Source: the human T2T-CHM13v2.0 reference genome, Homo sapiens
Assembly (NCBI RefSeq): GCF_009914755.1
Contig: NC_060939.1
Direction: 5' to 3' (one strand)
Length of the DNA: 64,000 nt
Shown here in pieces: positions 16,554-35,393 of the stretch (within the stretch, counting starts at the first letter, position 1; every line of letters begins with the position of its first letter). The notes under the pieces are model-generated. The model was not told the origin of the DNA, searched no databases, and was given only the letters and a program-made list of their open reading frames with translations. A program made the position numbers and the translations under genes.

Positions 16554-17352
16554 TTGGAAGATTTTCATTCAACCTTATAATGCCTTTTCTGAGTAACTTA
16601 TCAGATGGTTAGAAAATACAACAAAAAAAATCTTTCAGTCTTTTGCAAACTCATGAATTTCTTTTAATTAAACCAGACTTTTAAAGGTTTTGAGGCTACA
16701 GCTAAAACAAAGATACTTAAGACAGAAGACAGAAGAGGATAGTTCTTCAGAGCATGAGAAAAAAGGAAAATATGATCTGACTCCATGAATCTAGGAGAGA
16801 GAACTCAGGCTGGCAGGATGGACATACCTGATAATCTGGCCAGAAGACTGGATGAATCCTCAGGTTGGCTAAAAATTGAATGCAACTGTAGGCTGCCAAA
16901 TGAGATTAATGTTTGAAGCAGTCTCTTTGCAAATACTATTAGAATTTTTTGGCTAATAATGACTAAGATAACTCTTCCTTCATAATCAAAGTTACTTATT
17001 TTTGCCTACAGTTCCCCAGGTATCCTTTACTGCAGGTGATTAGCTGGGAACAAAATCCAGCTTAGTAATACTAGAACTGTATCAACTTTTGACTGTCCAT
17101 TTCACTAGCTAAGCTGCCTCCATTGTACATGTGTTCCTGATAATGAACTATTCTCAAACATCTCTGCCTGTCATGTATGTATCAGGGACAGAAACACTTT
17201 CATAGTTTAGAGGAAAGATGTTCTTTTCATGGTCTGGCAAAATTTTTCAATGAAAGTTTAATCGTTCCTGATCCAAATATAAAATTTTTATATACAGAAG
17301 ACTAATTTTGAGCAATGTATAGAAACTATCCAATATAAAAGTATAAAAAAGT

Positions 17353-17665
<313 letters not shown>

Positions 17666-18816
17666 CTCTAACATCACACGGTCAGGACCTTGGTGATCAG
17701 ATTTGTATATTTATGTCAAACCATTTACTTAACAAATATATACTGAGTGCCTAGGATGTCAGGTACTGTTTCAGCATATAAACTCACTAAAGGAATGAGG
17801 GCTATGGTCTCATAAACTCTTCTCATTAACCCAAGGACTATCCTAAGTCTTTAATATAGAAAGAACGAAAAAGGAGTATCCCAGTTTCTTCAACTAATCC
17901 TCTGAAGTTTTTACTTTCCCTACTTTGGACTTTTTGATAGCTTATTTTTCCATAGCTGCTTTACACATATTTAAACAGCTAAAAGCTCAGCAGGGATCAA
18001 AATAAGCCTCAAATCAAAGCATACATAGACACACAAGTGTTAAATACCAAATAATATACTAAAAATTACTTAACCTCACTTACACTGAAGGAAGTATAAA
18101 TAAAAAACTAGAGATGCCATTTTCACCTATTAGGTAAAGAAACTATTTTAAGATTAATAATACCTGTTTTTTTTTTTATTATAGAGAGTCAAGCATTACT
18201 CCATACTGGTGAGAGTTTAAGCTGATGTATCTTTTTAAACATGTACATATCTTTTGAGTAAGGAATTCCACTGTTAGGAATTTACCCTACAAATATACTG
18301 GCATTAAGACTGATATATCTATCTTATATACTGGATATAAGTATAAGATATTCATTGCAACACAACTTACAACAGTAACACACTTGGAAATACATGCTCA
18401 TGAGTAGGAAACTGGCTGAATAAAATTATAGTGCAGGAGCACAATGAAATACTCTTCCATCACAAACAAAGGAATGAAGCAGAACTTTATGTACTAAGAT
18501 GTCCAAGGTAAAATGTTAAGTAAAAAGAAGCAGTCTGTATAATAGAACAGTCCATTTACTATAACACCATTGATATAAAAAGGAAAAGATAGTCATATAT
18601 AATACAAAAATTTATAATTAAAAATTTCTAGAAGAATTCCCAAGAAACTGTCAACAGCAAGTACTTTTAAGAGGTGGAAATGAGGTGGTAAGAAGAAGAG
18701 ATACTTTTACTTTCTTTATATATGCCTTTTGTTTGAGCTGAATGCCTCATCAGGGTATGTTTCTTTTTACACTTTGAAAATTTATCAGTCCTGAGGTCTT
18801 GTGAAATTCCTGTCAA

Positions 18817-19131
<315 letters not shown>

Positions 19132-19628
19132 TTACTTTAAAGAAGTGGTACCCAGAGGAAGTAAATTCATTTCCATAATTTGTTTCATAGATAAGGAACT
19201 GGAACACCAAATTCTAAGGACTGCTTAAGGACATACTGTTTATGAAGTACTTTCAATAATTAAAAAGGGGATCAAAAGGCCAAGAAAAGTAATAAAAAGG
19301 GAAAATTAGCTGCAAAGTCAGATATTACAAAGCTATTATAATATCTTCTTTTCCAAATTATCTTTAAAAAATTCTAGTTCTTAGATTTTTTTTAACCATA
19401 AACCATGCAAAATTACTTTTTAATTTAACTGAGTCTTAGTAATCAATTATAGAAGTAGTTTCCTAAAACTTGGCAAGTTGGGAATAGAAACAGCAGGAAA
19501 AAAGTTGTTGGGTGGGAAGTAGAAAAGGAGGGGATAGAAAATAGAATCAGAGAAGGGAGTAATGTCTGTTAGGATAAATGAGTTAAGGGTGACTTTGGAT
19601 AAAGTCAATCCCCACAGTAATACTATAC

Positions 19629-19673
19629 CTAACAGTTGGCTGTGTTCCCCTGTGATGGAGTTCTGACTCAGGT
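19629..19673 (-). CDS. SLC12A6: SLC12A6 exon 2 (45-nt cassette exon)
   Basis: Acceptor ttgtttgttttcag| and donor G|GTATAG. Encodes (D)LSQNSITGEHSQLL; symmetric phase 1-1. Confidence 0.95.
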
Positions 19674-19877
19674 CTGAAAAACAAACAATTGAAAAGAAAA
19701 GAAAAAAATGAATGATCAAAACAAATAATTTCTTTAAAATCAGCAACAAAAGTCAACCAAGGAAATAAGCAAAAAAATTTAAAAACTTATGAAATATTAA
19801 TGTGAAGATAATAAAAAATAGAATGAACTAGTGTAAAGAATGATCACATAGCTCAAAAAGTTAAACATAATCACCAT

Positions 19878-20435
19878 CAGCAATTCTACTCCTAATTATA
19901 CTTCCAAAATAATTGAAAACAGGGACTCAAACAGATACTTTACCACAAAGTTTATGACAAAATAATTCACAATAGCCAAAAGGTTACCAGGTATACTTCT
20001 ACAGATGAAGGAATCAACAAAATGTAATATACACATACAATGGAAAATTATTCAGCTATAAAAATGAATGGAATTCTGATACATGTGACAACATGGATGA
20101 ACCTTGAAAACATTATGCTAAGGAAAACAAACCAGACACAAAAAGATAAATATTATATGACTCAATTTATATAAAATGTTGAGAAAGGGCAAATTTATGG
20201 AGATGGAAAGCAGATTAGAGGTTACCAGGGGCTGGGTGGAGTAGGGTATGGAATGTTATTGCTTAAAGAGTACAGCGTTTCTGTTTGGGGTGATGAGAAA
20301 TTCTGGAAACAGATAGTGGTAATGGGTGTACAACACTGTAAATGTAATTAATGCCACTGAGTTGTACACTTAAACATGGTTAAAATGGTAACTTCTGTAT
20401 TGTATATATTTTGCCACAATAAAAAGTAAATTAAA
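19878..20435 (+). mobile_element. L1MB 3' end
   Basis: ACAACATGGATGAACCTTGAAAACATTATGCTAAG...ATGCCACTGAGTTGTACACTTAAA. Confidence 0.85.
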
Positions 20436-21436
20436 AAAATAATAATCACACAAATTTGACCAAGCAGTCGTTTCATAAAGTAGAAGGATGATTCAGGATT
20501 GTGATATGAATTATATTTTTAATGACGAAGGAACATTTTAATGACAAAAAATACTTATGGCTATAGCAGCTCAAAGTCAAGACATAAATAAAGCACTTAT
20601 TACTATTAGCAGATATATTCTAGTAGTTTGACTTTAAGATACACTGACTACATTGGCTTTCATAAATATCAATTTCTTTAGTAATCTGAAATAAAATTCG
20701 TGGCAATAAGCCAAGTTCCTAATGCAAGAGATATTGACAATCATCATTTAACAGTCAACCACTTACTTATTTTAAAGGTTTGAAAAGCACTAAGAGCTAA
20801 AAACAGAAAAGACTAAGCTCCACTTTCCTCAAAGACTAAATCTCTTGAGACGCTGATGATTCTGGCTTCCTTGAATGTGCCTGGGGTAATAAAAATAATT
20901 TTAGACCAGGGTTTATGTGAACAATGGGAAAAAAAGTCACATCTTTATTTTCACTAACCTCTAACTGAAGTTAAGGATTTTCTACAGCTATGATGTATGC
21001 AACAGATTACATAAAAGTACCTTTGATTTTGTCTAACAATAAATCTGAGACATTTTTATATCACATTATTGTTTTAGACAAAATCCATAGTCCACATATG
21101 TTTTACATATCATTTAATTAACACTTTAAGCATCCCAGACAGAAAGAAACAATCAGAATACTTAACAAATTCCAGTTTCTGATGTATATTGGAGTATACA
21201 CTATATATTTTAATTAAGGAAGTCAGGTAGAAATCTGATTTCTACCACAGAAGTTTTAAATGCTATTTGAACATTTAACAATTTATTTTCAGGGGATTTT
21301 TTTCCTTAATTTGCTTTGAAAAAGGAAAATTTGAAATGTTCCTATTCTAGAATATTTTCCCCAAACATACCAGCAAGTGAATTCCCAGTTTTTACTTTAA
21401 ACTTATCTTACTTCCCATCTAAATAAAGGATACTGG

Positions 21437-21717
<281 letters not shown>

Positions 21718-22428
21718 TCCCCCAACCCCCCACTATATATATATATTCTTGCACATAAGACAAAGTAGGAATGTTCTTGCACATAAGACAAAATAGGAAT
21801 AACAGTTCTGTAGTCACTCTCTCTCTTAGGGAAAATTGGGCCCTATCATTATGGAGAAACAAGCATGTAGCTGGCATGAAAAGAAGAGTAGAGAAAGCAT
21901 AACAGAATTTTAGAACTAGAAGAACCTTGGTCATCATCTAAACCTACTCCAGTGACTCTAGAGGAAAAGCTGAGGAAGTGTTATCACATCATTTATTTTT
22001 CTCTTTAAATCATACCAACACCTCTCCTTCAAGATTCTGATTCCCAGCCATAGTCACTAATATGAATACCTTGTATCTCTCAGGTGTGCAGGAACAGAAA
22101 AGTTGAGAACCTCATATTTTAATGTTTATAGTTCTAAAAAACTAATGCCTGGGTTAATCAGTGGCTAAAGACACATCATACTACTGCCCAAAGAAAAAGG
22201 TTATAGTCTTGATGCTTTGAGAACTTATGTTCTTGCTTCCCAATATTCTGTAATTCTAACTTTCTTGTTCTAAAACAAGGTATGATAGGCTAAAACAAGT
22301 TATTCGAAATTGCCAGGGAATACAACCTATGAAGAGAAATAGGAAAACATCTCAGATAACTCTGACAGACTAGGTATGGTTTTAGAGAGGAAAATATAAA
22401 TGACTTTTCCTTTAAAAAGAATTAGCTC

Positions 22429-22727
22429 GGCTGGGCGCAGCGGCTCACGCCTGTAATTGCAGCACTTTGGGAGGCCGAGGCGGGTGGATCACCTGAGGTC
22501 AGGAGTTCGAGACCAGCCTGACCAACATAGAGAAATGCCATCTCCACTAAAAATAAAAAAATCAGCTGGGCGTGGTGGCGTGCACCTGTAATCTCAGCTA
22601 CTCTGGAGGCTGAGACAGGAGGATGGCTTGAACCCAGGAGGTGGAGGTTGCAGTGAGCCAAGACCACACCACTGACTCCAGCCTGGGCAAAAAGAGTGAA
22701 ACTCCATCTCAAAAAAAAAGAAAAAAA
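22429..22727 (+). mobile_element. AluS-like
   Basis: Full dimer. Confidence 0.92.
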
Positions 22728-22860
22728 TTAACTCCTCTATTGTGTAATATACTTTCTTGCCTTCTAAGCTGTGCATACATGACGTATGTATACTCTCTAG
22801 ACAAGCCAGGAGTCTTCCTTTGAACACCCTCCTATACTTCAGATGAGTAGAAACAAGTCC

Positions 22861-23152
22861 TTTTATTTTTTTTGAGATGGAGTCTTGCTCTGTCGCCCAG
22901 GCTGGAGTGCAGTAGCGCGATCTCGGCTCACTGCAACCTCCACCTTCCAGGTTCAAGCAATTTTCTGCCTCATCCTCCAGAGCAGCTGGGATTATAGGTG
23001 CCCACCACCACGCCCAGCTAATTTTTGTATTTTTAGTACAGTTGGGGTTTCACCATGTTGGCCAGACTGGTCTTGAACTCCTGACCTCATGATCCACCTG
23101 CCTCAGCCTCCCAAAGTGCTGGGATTACAGGCATGGGCCACTGAGTCCAGCC
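22861..23152 (-). mobile_element. AluS-like
   Basis: TSD AGAAACAAGTC. Confidence 0.92.
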
Positions 23153-23319
23153 AGAAACAAGTCTTTTGTGTAGTTCCCTACAAGTTCAACTTAGATTTTT
23201 ATTTTTCATTTATTATAATTGAAAAATTATGGGCAATCCTTGATACTTATTTAGTAATCTGAAGACTAACCTCCAAGAACCTGCAAATCTTTTATTAATA
23301 TATATAAAAGCTAAAACAA

Positions 23320-23645
23320 GGCTAGGAGCGGTGGCTCACACCTGTAATCCCAGCACTTTGGGAAGCTGAGGCGGGTGGATCATGAGGTCAGGCGTTCAGG
23401 ACCAGCCTGGCTAACGTGGTGAAACCCCATCTCTACTAAAAATACAAAAATTAGCTGGGCATGGTGATGCGCCCCTGTAATCCCAGATACTCAGGAGGCT
23501 GAGGCAGAGAATTGCTTGAACCTGGGAGGCGGAGGTTGCAGTTAGTGGAGATCAGGCCACTGCACTCCAGCCTGGGCGACAGAGCAAGACTCCGTCTCAA
23601 AAAAACAAACAAAAAACAAAACAAAACAAAACAAAAAAAACAAAG
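23320..23645 (+). mobile_element. AluS-like
   Basis: Full dimer with (CAAAA)n tail. Confidence 0.92.
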
Positions 23646-24854
23646 AACTAAAATAAAGGTCAATCTGGGAGTATATAGGCCCGTGAACCCACTAGAATGA
23701 AACTAGTTTTGCCTGTAAAAATTACAATTGTTCAGTGGATTTAACTTGAAGGGCGTTTCTGGGTTTGCAATCCAAATTGTGCAGTCATCATGCTAACACT
23801 GCTGAGATATGTCTGAGCACCCTTCAATTGTTCTGTGTCTAAACTCCCCCATTTACCACTTTTCCTGACTATGTCATTGGTGAGGGCACACCCAAGTTTG
23901 CCTAAGACTGGGAGTTGTCCTAAAGATTACTCAAAATGACATTTATTTTAAACCAGATTATTCTCTCTAATAGGAACTATGTGCCAATAATGTCACTAGT
24001 TTTACCCCATGATGGTCTTCATAAATAAAGCTACTCTTAGGACAAAATACAATCAGGTTATAATCAAAAGCCAGAGATACTCTATAAGTCAAAATGATAG
24101 ATCAAATAAAAAATAGAAACAAACTATATACCTATTAAAAACAGATAGATGTAATCAGAAAGATGAACTGAAAATATTTCCTTGTAACACTAATGATATG
24201 GTAGTTTTACAAATAAGCACTTGCTCAATATATTTAACTTATCTTGGGTAAATAGTAAGAATGAAGATTTTAGTTTCCTGCCATGCACCTGGGAGAATGG
24301 AGACAGAGTGAAATGATTGTGGGTGGTACTCACTTGCAAAACTGCCTCTGTCAAGTTTTTCTGAAGAGCTTTATTATTTTCCTTAGTTTGCCAATAGCAA
24401 TAGTCTTTGAGACTATTTTGAACAAAATTTCCTTTGAGAATCACTTTGTTTACCATCATTGGCAGACAATTTGAAGCAAATAAAGGCTAGCTGGTATCTT
24501 GTAGCTAAAACACAGGGCTAGAAGGTTTTAGTCTTTATTAAATCTAGAATCAGTAATATAATTAAATAACACACCAACAGCAGAAATTGTTGCCCAATTC
24601 TTTAGATAAAGAAGTAGGCATGACCAAGCGCATATACATCAGAATTAAGACTGTTATGCTACTGGCTGTATTATCTAGACATATCACAAAAGTTGTTTCA
24701 GGAAAACAAACAACTGAAATGACTAGTCTTAACACGTAAGGCATTTCTAACTTTCTTAACTCCCAGTTTTTAAAAAAACCAAAGCGTCATCATCATCAAA
24801 AGAAACGATTCCAACTCAGAATTAAACTAAGATAGTTAAAGATGGAACTGAATT

Positions 24855-25580
24855 TGGGGATGTAAACTAGTATAGCCACTAAGGAGAAGAGTATGGAGAG
24901 TACTCAAGAAAAGTACAACTAGAACTACCATATGATCCAGCAATCCCACCACTGAGCATTTATACAAAGCAAAGGAAATTAGTAAAATTAGTATATCAAA
25001 GAGACACCTGCACTGCATGTTTATTGCAGCACTATTCACAGTAGCCAAGATATGGACTCAACCTGGGTGTCCAAAAACAGATGAATGGATAAAGAAAGTG
25101 TGGTATGTATATACAATGGAATACTATTCAGCTCTTAAAAAGAATAAAATCCTATCATTCATAGCAACGTAGATGGAACTGAAGGACATTATGTTAAGTG
25201 AAATAAGCCAGGAACAGAAAGCTAAACACCACATGTTCTCATTCATATGTGAGAGTCAGAAAAAAAAAGTTGATCTCATAGATGTAAAAATTAGAACAGA
25301 CGATACTTGAGGGTGAGAAGGGCATGGGTATGGGCGGAGGGCAGGGGGATAGGAAGAGATTTGTTAAAGGATACAAAAGTATAGCTAGATAAAAAAAGAG
25401 TAAGTCTAGTATTCTACACTATTGAAGGATGACTACGGTTAACAATAATATATTAGACTCAAATAGCTAGGAGGAGGATATTGAATGTTTCTAATACAAA
25501 GTAATGATAAATGATTGAGACAATGGATATACTAATTACATTGATCTGATCACTATACTTTAATAGGTATTGAAAAAAAG
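24855..25580 (+). mobile_element. L1MA 3' end
   Basis: AGAACTACCATATGATCCAGCAATCCCA...GACATTATGTTAAGTGAAATAAGCCAGG. Confidence 0.85.
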
Positions 25581-25792
25581 ATGGAACCAAAGACAATTAC
25601 TCTAACATTCACATTTATTAGATTCTGCCTGTCTATATGGGTAGGATCTCATCTTGGTGGGAAAACAAGTTGAACTAAGTCAAAATCTGAAAAGCCCATC
25701 CTCTTTACATAATATATTCTAAATTTATAGCAATGAACTAGATAGACCTAGAAAAACTAACATGAGATTAATGAGGTTTAAATAAATGAGTA

Positions 25793-26182
<390 letters not shown>

Positions 26183-26754
26183 CTACACTACCTCATAAAG
26201 GACAAAAATCCTTATTTTAATTTTTAATGTAATAAAAATATAGTTTAAAAAAGATATATAGAGCCTACATATGCCAAAAAAAAATAGCTAAAGATCATTA
26301 AGCTAAAATGTGTACTTTAGTCCACACCATCTGCTACATAGTGGCTTGTGTAGACAGTTAACCATGAACAGAATAAGCTGCGATAGTAGCAAGGAACCAC
26401 ATACTCTACTTCATGTACAGTGTATAGTCCTTAGGGCATAAGTACACATTCCTTAGTATATTAATAGGGATTTGGTAAGAAACGGTTTGGGGCAGGGATT
26501 GTAAGTAGACTTGTCAAATCTATTTAATAGATAAGTAGATTGCTCTAAAGTGTAATTTCTCATACCCTTCAAAATGCTAATGACTGCCTAGCTAATCTCC
26601 AAAAGAAGAATATAATATTCAGCATTCCTAAACACATAGGAAAAGATCATTCATTTTGTATCAAATACCTTGTATAATTAGTGTCCTATGATATACACTT
26701 TGGGAAACGTTGAACTAATTCCTATCAATATACTAAGGTTAAAAGATAACTCCC

Positions 26755-26995
26755 TGGCTGGGCACAGTGCTTCAAGTCTGTAATTCTAGCTACTCAGGAG
26801 GCTGAAGCTGGAGGACTACCTGAGGCCAGGAGCTTGAGGCCAGCCTGGGCAACATAGCAAGACCCCATCTCTTAAAAAAGAAATAAAATTAGCTGGGTGT
26901 GGTGGTGTGTGCCTGTCATCTCAGCTACTCAGGAGGCTGAAGTGAGAGGATACTAGAGCCCAGAAGTTCAAGGTTGCAATGAGCTATGATCACTC
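26755..26995 (+). mobile_element. AluJ-like, 3'-truncated, running into (CACT)n
   Basis: Dimer ends at GAGCTATGATCAC, followed by a TCAC/TCAT repeat. Confidence 0.85.
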
Positions 26996-27042
26996 ACTCA
27001 CTCACTCACTCATTCATTCACTCAGCACTATTTCCATTAAGT

Positions 27043-27195
27043 CAGTATTTTCAAAATTTGCCTGGTTACAACAGTCATGGGGTATTTGTTAAACTACAAA
27101 TTTCTGGGTCACATAACTAACCCTAATGACTCAATTTTATGGGAGGAGGCTGAGATTCTGTAGTTTTACCAAGTGCCTCAGATGGCTACTATAAA
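27043..27195. mobile_element. MER5-like fragment
   Basis: TTTGTTAAACTACAAATTTCTGGG...TCTGTAGTTTTACCAAGTGCCTCAG. Confidence 0.55.
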
Positions 27196-27326
27196 ACTTC
27201 ATTCGTTCAACCATTCCTGTGTTTAAATATCTGAGCGACTAATAAGTCCCAGTCATTTTTCCATGTGCTAGGGATAGAAGGTAAATAAGAAAAAGTTCCT
27301 TTTGTCATGCAGATATGGGAACATCA

Positions 27327-27674
<348 letters not shown>

Positions 27675-28031
27675 TCAGCTTATGGTGTTATAAAGAAAAT
27701 AAAGAAGGGTGATTAGAGAGGCTATTTTTTATTGGGTGGACTGTCAGGACCTTTCTGAGGAGGTAACCCTTAAGGTGAGACTTGCATGAAAAGGAGCCAG
27801 ACATATGAGGATCCTGAAAAGACTGATTAGGACAGAGGAACAGCTGTGAGAAGACCCTAAGATGGGAATCAGCTTGGTATATTTAGGAAATATTAATGTA
27901 GCTAAAGCATAGTGAGTAACAAAGTGTTTTTTTTTTAAAGAGGGTAAATTAGGTAGGCACTACATCTTGTAGTGTAGCACACTATAATAAGGAGTGTGAA
28001 TTTTACTCTGAAAATGACGTAAAACGACTGA

Positions 28032-28333
<302 letters not shown>

Positions 28334-28545
28334 GCATAATTTTTTAAAAATGCAGGCTGCTGGTTTGAGAATGGATTGTAGGGGAGACCAAGAACAGAAA
28401 TGGGGAAACCAGTTACAAGTTTACTGAAGAAACCACAGAAAGACATGATAATGGCTGTAGTGAAGCTGATGGAGGGAGGCAGGTTGATGATATCTTACGG
28501 AAAGAGAGCTCACGGGCTAGTCTTCAAAAGTAATGTCCATATTAC

Positions 28546-28855
<310 letters not shown>

Positions 28856-29924
28856 CCATGTTACTTTGAGATCTGTAGCTCTTTCATTAATGTATTCAGT
28901 AAATATTTTCTGAGAACCTTCTACATGTGAAACACTATTCTAGTTACTAGAAATGTAGTAACAAAATCCCTGCCATCAAGGAGCTTAAATTTTAGTGGAG
29001 AAAAAAACAACCAGTAACCTATGTCAAGAACAGTAAGCTATAAAACAAACAAAAAAGCTGAGTAAAAGAATACAGAGGACTAGTGGGAGAGTGGTTTGTG
29101 TGCACACTTAGATACTCAGTCTGAAAGGCCTCTCAGATAATGTGACATCTGAGCAGAAAATTGAAGATATCTAACCATACAAATATCTGCAGGAAGAACA
29201 GTTAGTGCTAAGCGAAGCAGGTATGTATTGACATGTTTGATGAATGGCAGCAAGGAGACCGGATTATCAGACAGAATAAGCAAGTTGAAAGTGACAGAGT
29301 ATGGAATAAGAGATGGATATAGATGTTGGAGGAGGAATCAAAGATCATGTGCGGCCTTGTAGGATATAGTCAGGATTTTTGTTTTTACTGTGAGATAAGA
29401 AGCCATTGAAAGGTTTTGGTTTCTGTTTTAACATGATCACAACAGCTATAGTCTGGAATGAGCAGATAGCAGGGACCAAGCAAATAAACAGAAAAAAGTT
29501 AGAAGGCTTTTACAGTGGTCCAAGAAAAGATAATGGTAGTATGGATCAGATCAGAAATACTAGAGGTAATGAGAAGTGGTCAGATGCTGGATATGTTGAC
29601 TAGCCTAGGTATGTTTCAAAGGAGGGACTGACAAGATTGGCATGCTGATGATTGGCTACAGGGTGGGAGAGAAAGAAAAGAGTCAAAGATATTTCCACAG
29701 CAATTAGATGAACAGAGATGCCATTTACCCTTTACTGAGTTGGAGACTGACAGAGAGCTAGCAATCGAATTAAAGGCACAGTGCTTATGATGGTTTTTTT
29801 TTTTTTCCAAGCCAGCTTAGTAGGGAATCCTGTGTAGTGGAAAACCAGTGGGATGGGTTTTTAAATTAGGTGTGAGTTCTCCATGTACCCACCAAATGGC
29901 AGTAAGAAAAAATTCATTTAAAGA

Positions 29925-30378
29925 GGTGGAAGCAATCCAAATGTCCACTAATGGATGAATAAACAAAATGTGCTATATGTGTGTGTGTGTGTGTGTGTGT
30001 GTATACACACACACACACACACACACATACATAAAATGGAATATTATTCAACCTTTAAAAAGGAAGGAAATTCAGACACATGCTACAACATGGATGAATC
30101 TTGACAGCAATACACTAAATCAAATAAGCTAGTCATACAAAGGCAAATACCATATGATTCCACTTATATTAGTTATCTAAAGGAGTCAAATTAATAGAAA
30201 CAGAAAACAGAATGGTGGTTAACGGGGTGGTAGGGAGTGGAAAATGGAGAGTTGTTCATTGGGTATAGAAGTTCAGTTTTGCAAAATGAAAAAGTTCTGG
30301 AGATCTGCACAACAATGGAAATACTCTTAACACTACTGAACTATACACTAAAAAATTATTAAGATGCTAGGTTTTATT
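29925..30378 (+). mobile_element. L1MB 3' fragment containing a microsatellite
   Basis: GTGGAAGCAATCCAAATGTCCA...CATGCTACAACATGGATGAA...ACTACTGAACTATACACT. Confidence 0.8.
29980..30027. repeat. Perfect 48-bp (TG)n-TA-(CA)n palindromic microsatellite
   Basis: Self-complementary around GTA|TAC at 30001-30006. Confidence 0.95.
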
Positions 30379-30380
30379 GC

Positions 30381-30683
30381 TTTTTTTTTTCTTTTTCTTT
30401 TTAAACAGTCTTGCTCTGACACCCAGGCTGGAGTGTGGTAGCACGATCTAAGTTCCCTGCAACCGCCGCCTCCCGGGTTCAAGCAATTCTCCTGACTCAG
30501 CCTCCCGAGTAGCTGTGATTACAGGCACGTGCCACCATGCTCAACTAATTTTTTTGTATTTTTAGTAGAGATGGGGTTTCACCATATTGTCCAGGCTGGC
30601 CTCAAACTCCTCACCTCAAGTGATCTGCCCACCTCAGCCTCCCAAAGTGTTGGGATTACAGGCGTGAGCCACCATGCCTGGCC
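30381..30683 (-). mobile_element. AluS-like
   Basis: Full dimer. Confidence 0.9.
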
Positions 30684-30819
30684 TTATGCTATTTTTTTAA
30701 GCCACAATTTAAAAAATTGTATTTGACTCCGTAGTCTTTTGGCTAATACATTGTGGTCTTCATTAATAGCATTCATAAGTCTAAAAGGAGAGCTCCATTT
30801 TCCATTTTTAAAATTTCCC

Positions 30820-31105
<286 letters not shown>

Positions 31106-31518
31106 AATTTCCCTATGTGCATTAATTATGCAGCAACCTTATCTCCTAATTCACAAGATATGTACTCATACTATGCTTCAAAAGAGGACAAATAATAAAG
31201 CTTAAATATGATGACACCTAGTGCAGCTACAGAAATTACTTATAACAATTTGCTTGAAAAAAGCCAATGAGGAAGCAAAGCAAAGCAAATGCCAAAGCAA
31301 GTACTTTTTTTTTTAAATACTTTAAGTTCTGGGTTACATGTGCAGAATGTGCAGTTTTGTTATACAGGTATACACGTGCCATGGTGGTTTGCTGCACCCA
31401 TCAACCCGTCATCTACATTAGGTATTTCTCCTAATGTTATCCCTTCCCTACCCCCCCGGGCTCTGGTGTGTGATGTTCCCCTCCCTGTGTCCATGTGTTC
31501 TCATTGTTCAACTCCCAC

Positions 31519-35330
<3,812 letters not shown>

Positions 35331-35393
35331 TTATGTGCTAGCTTGTTATTTCATCTGTTAATTGATGTAGTTTCTTCATAGCACTGATGGTCT

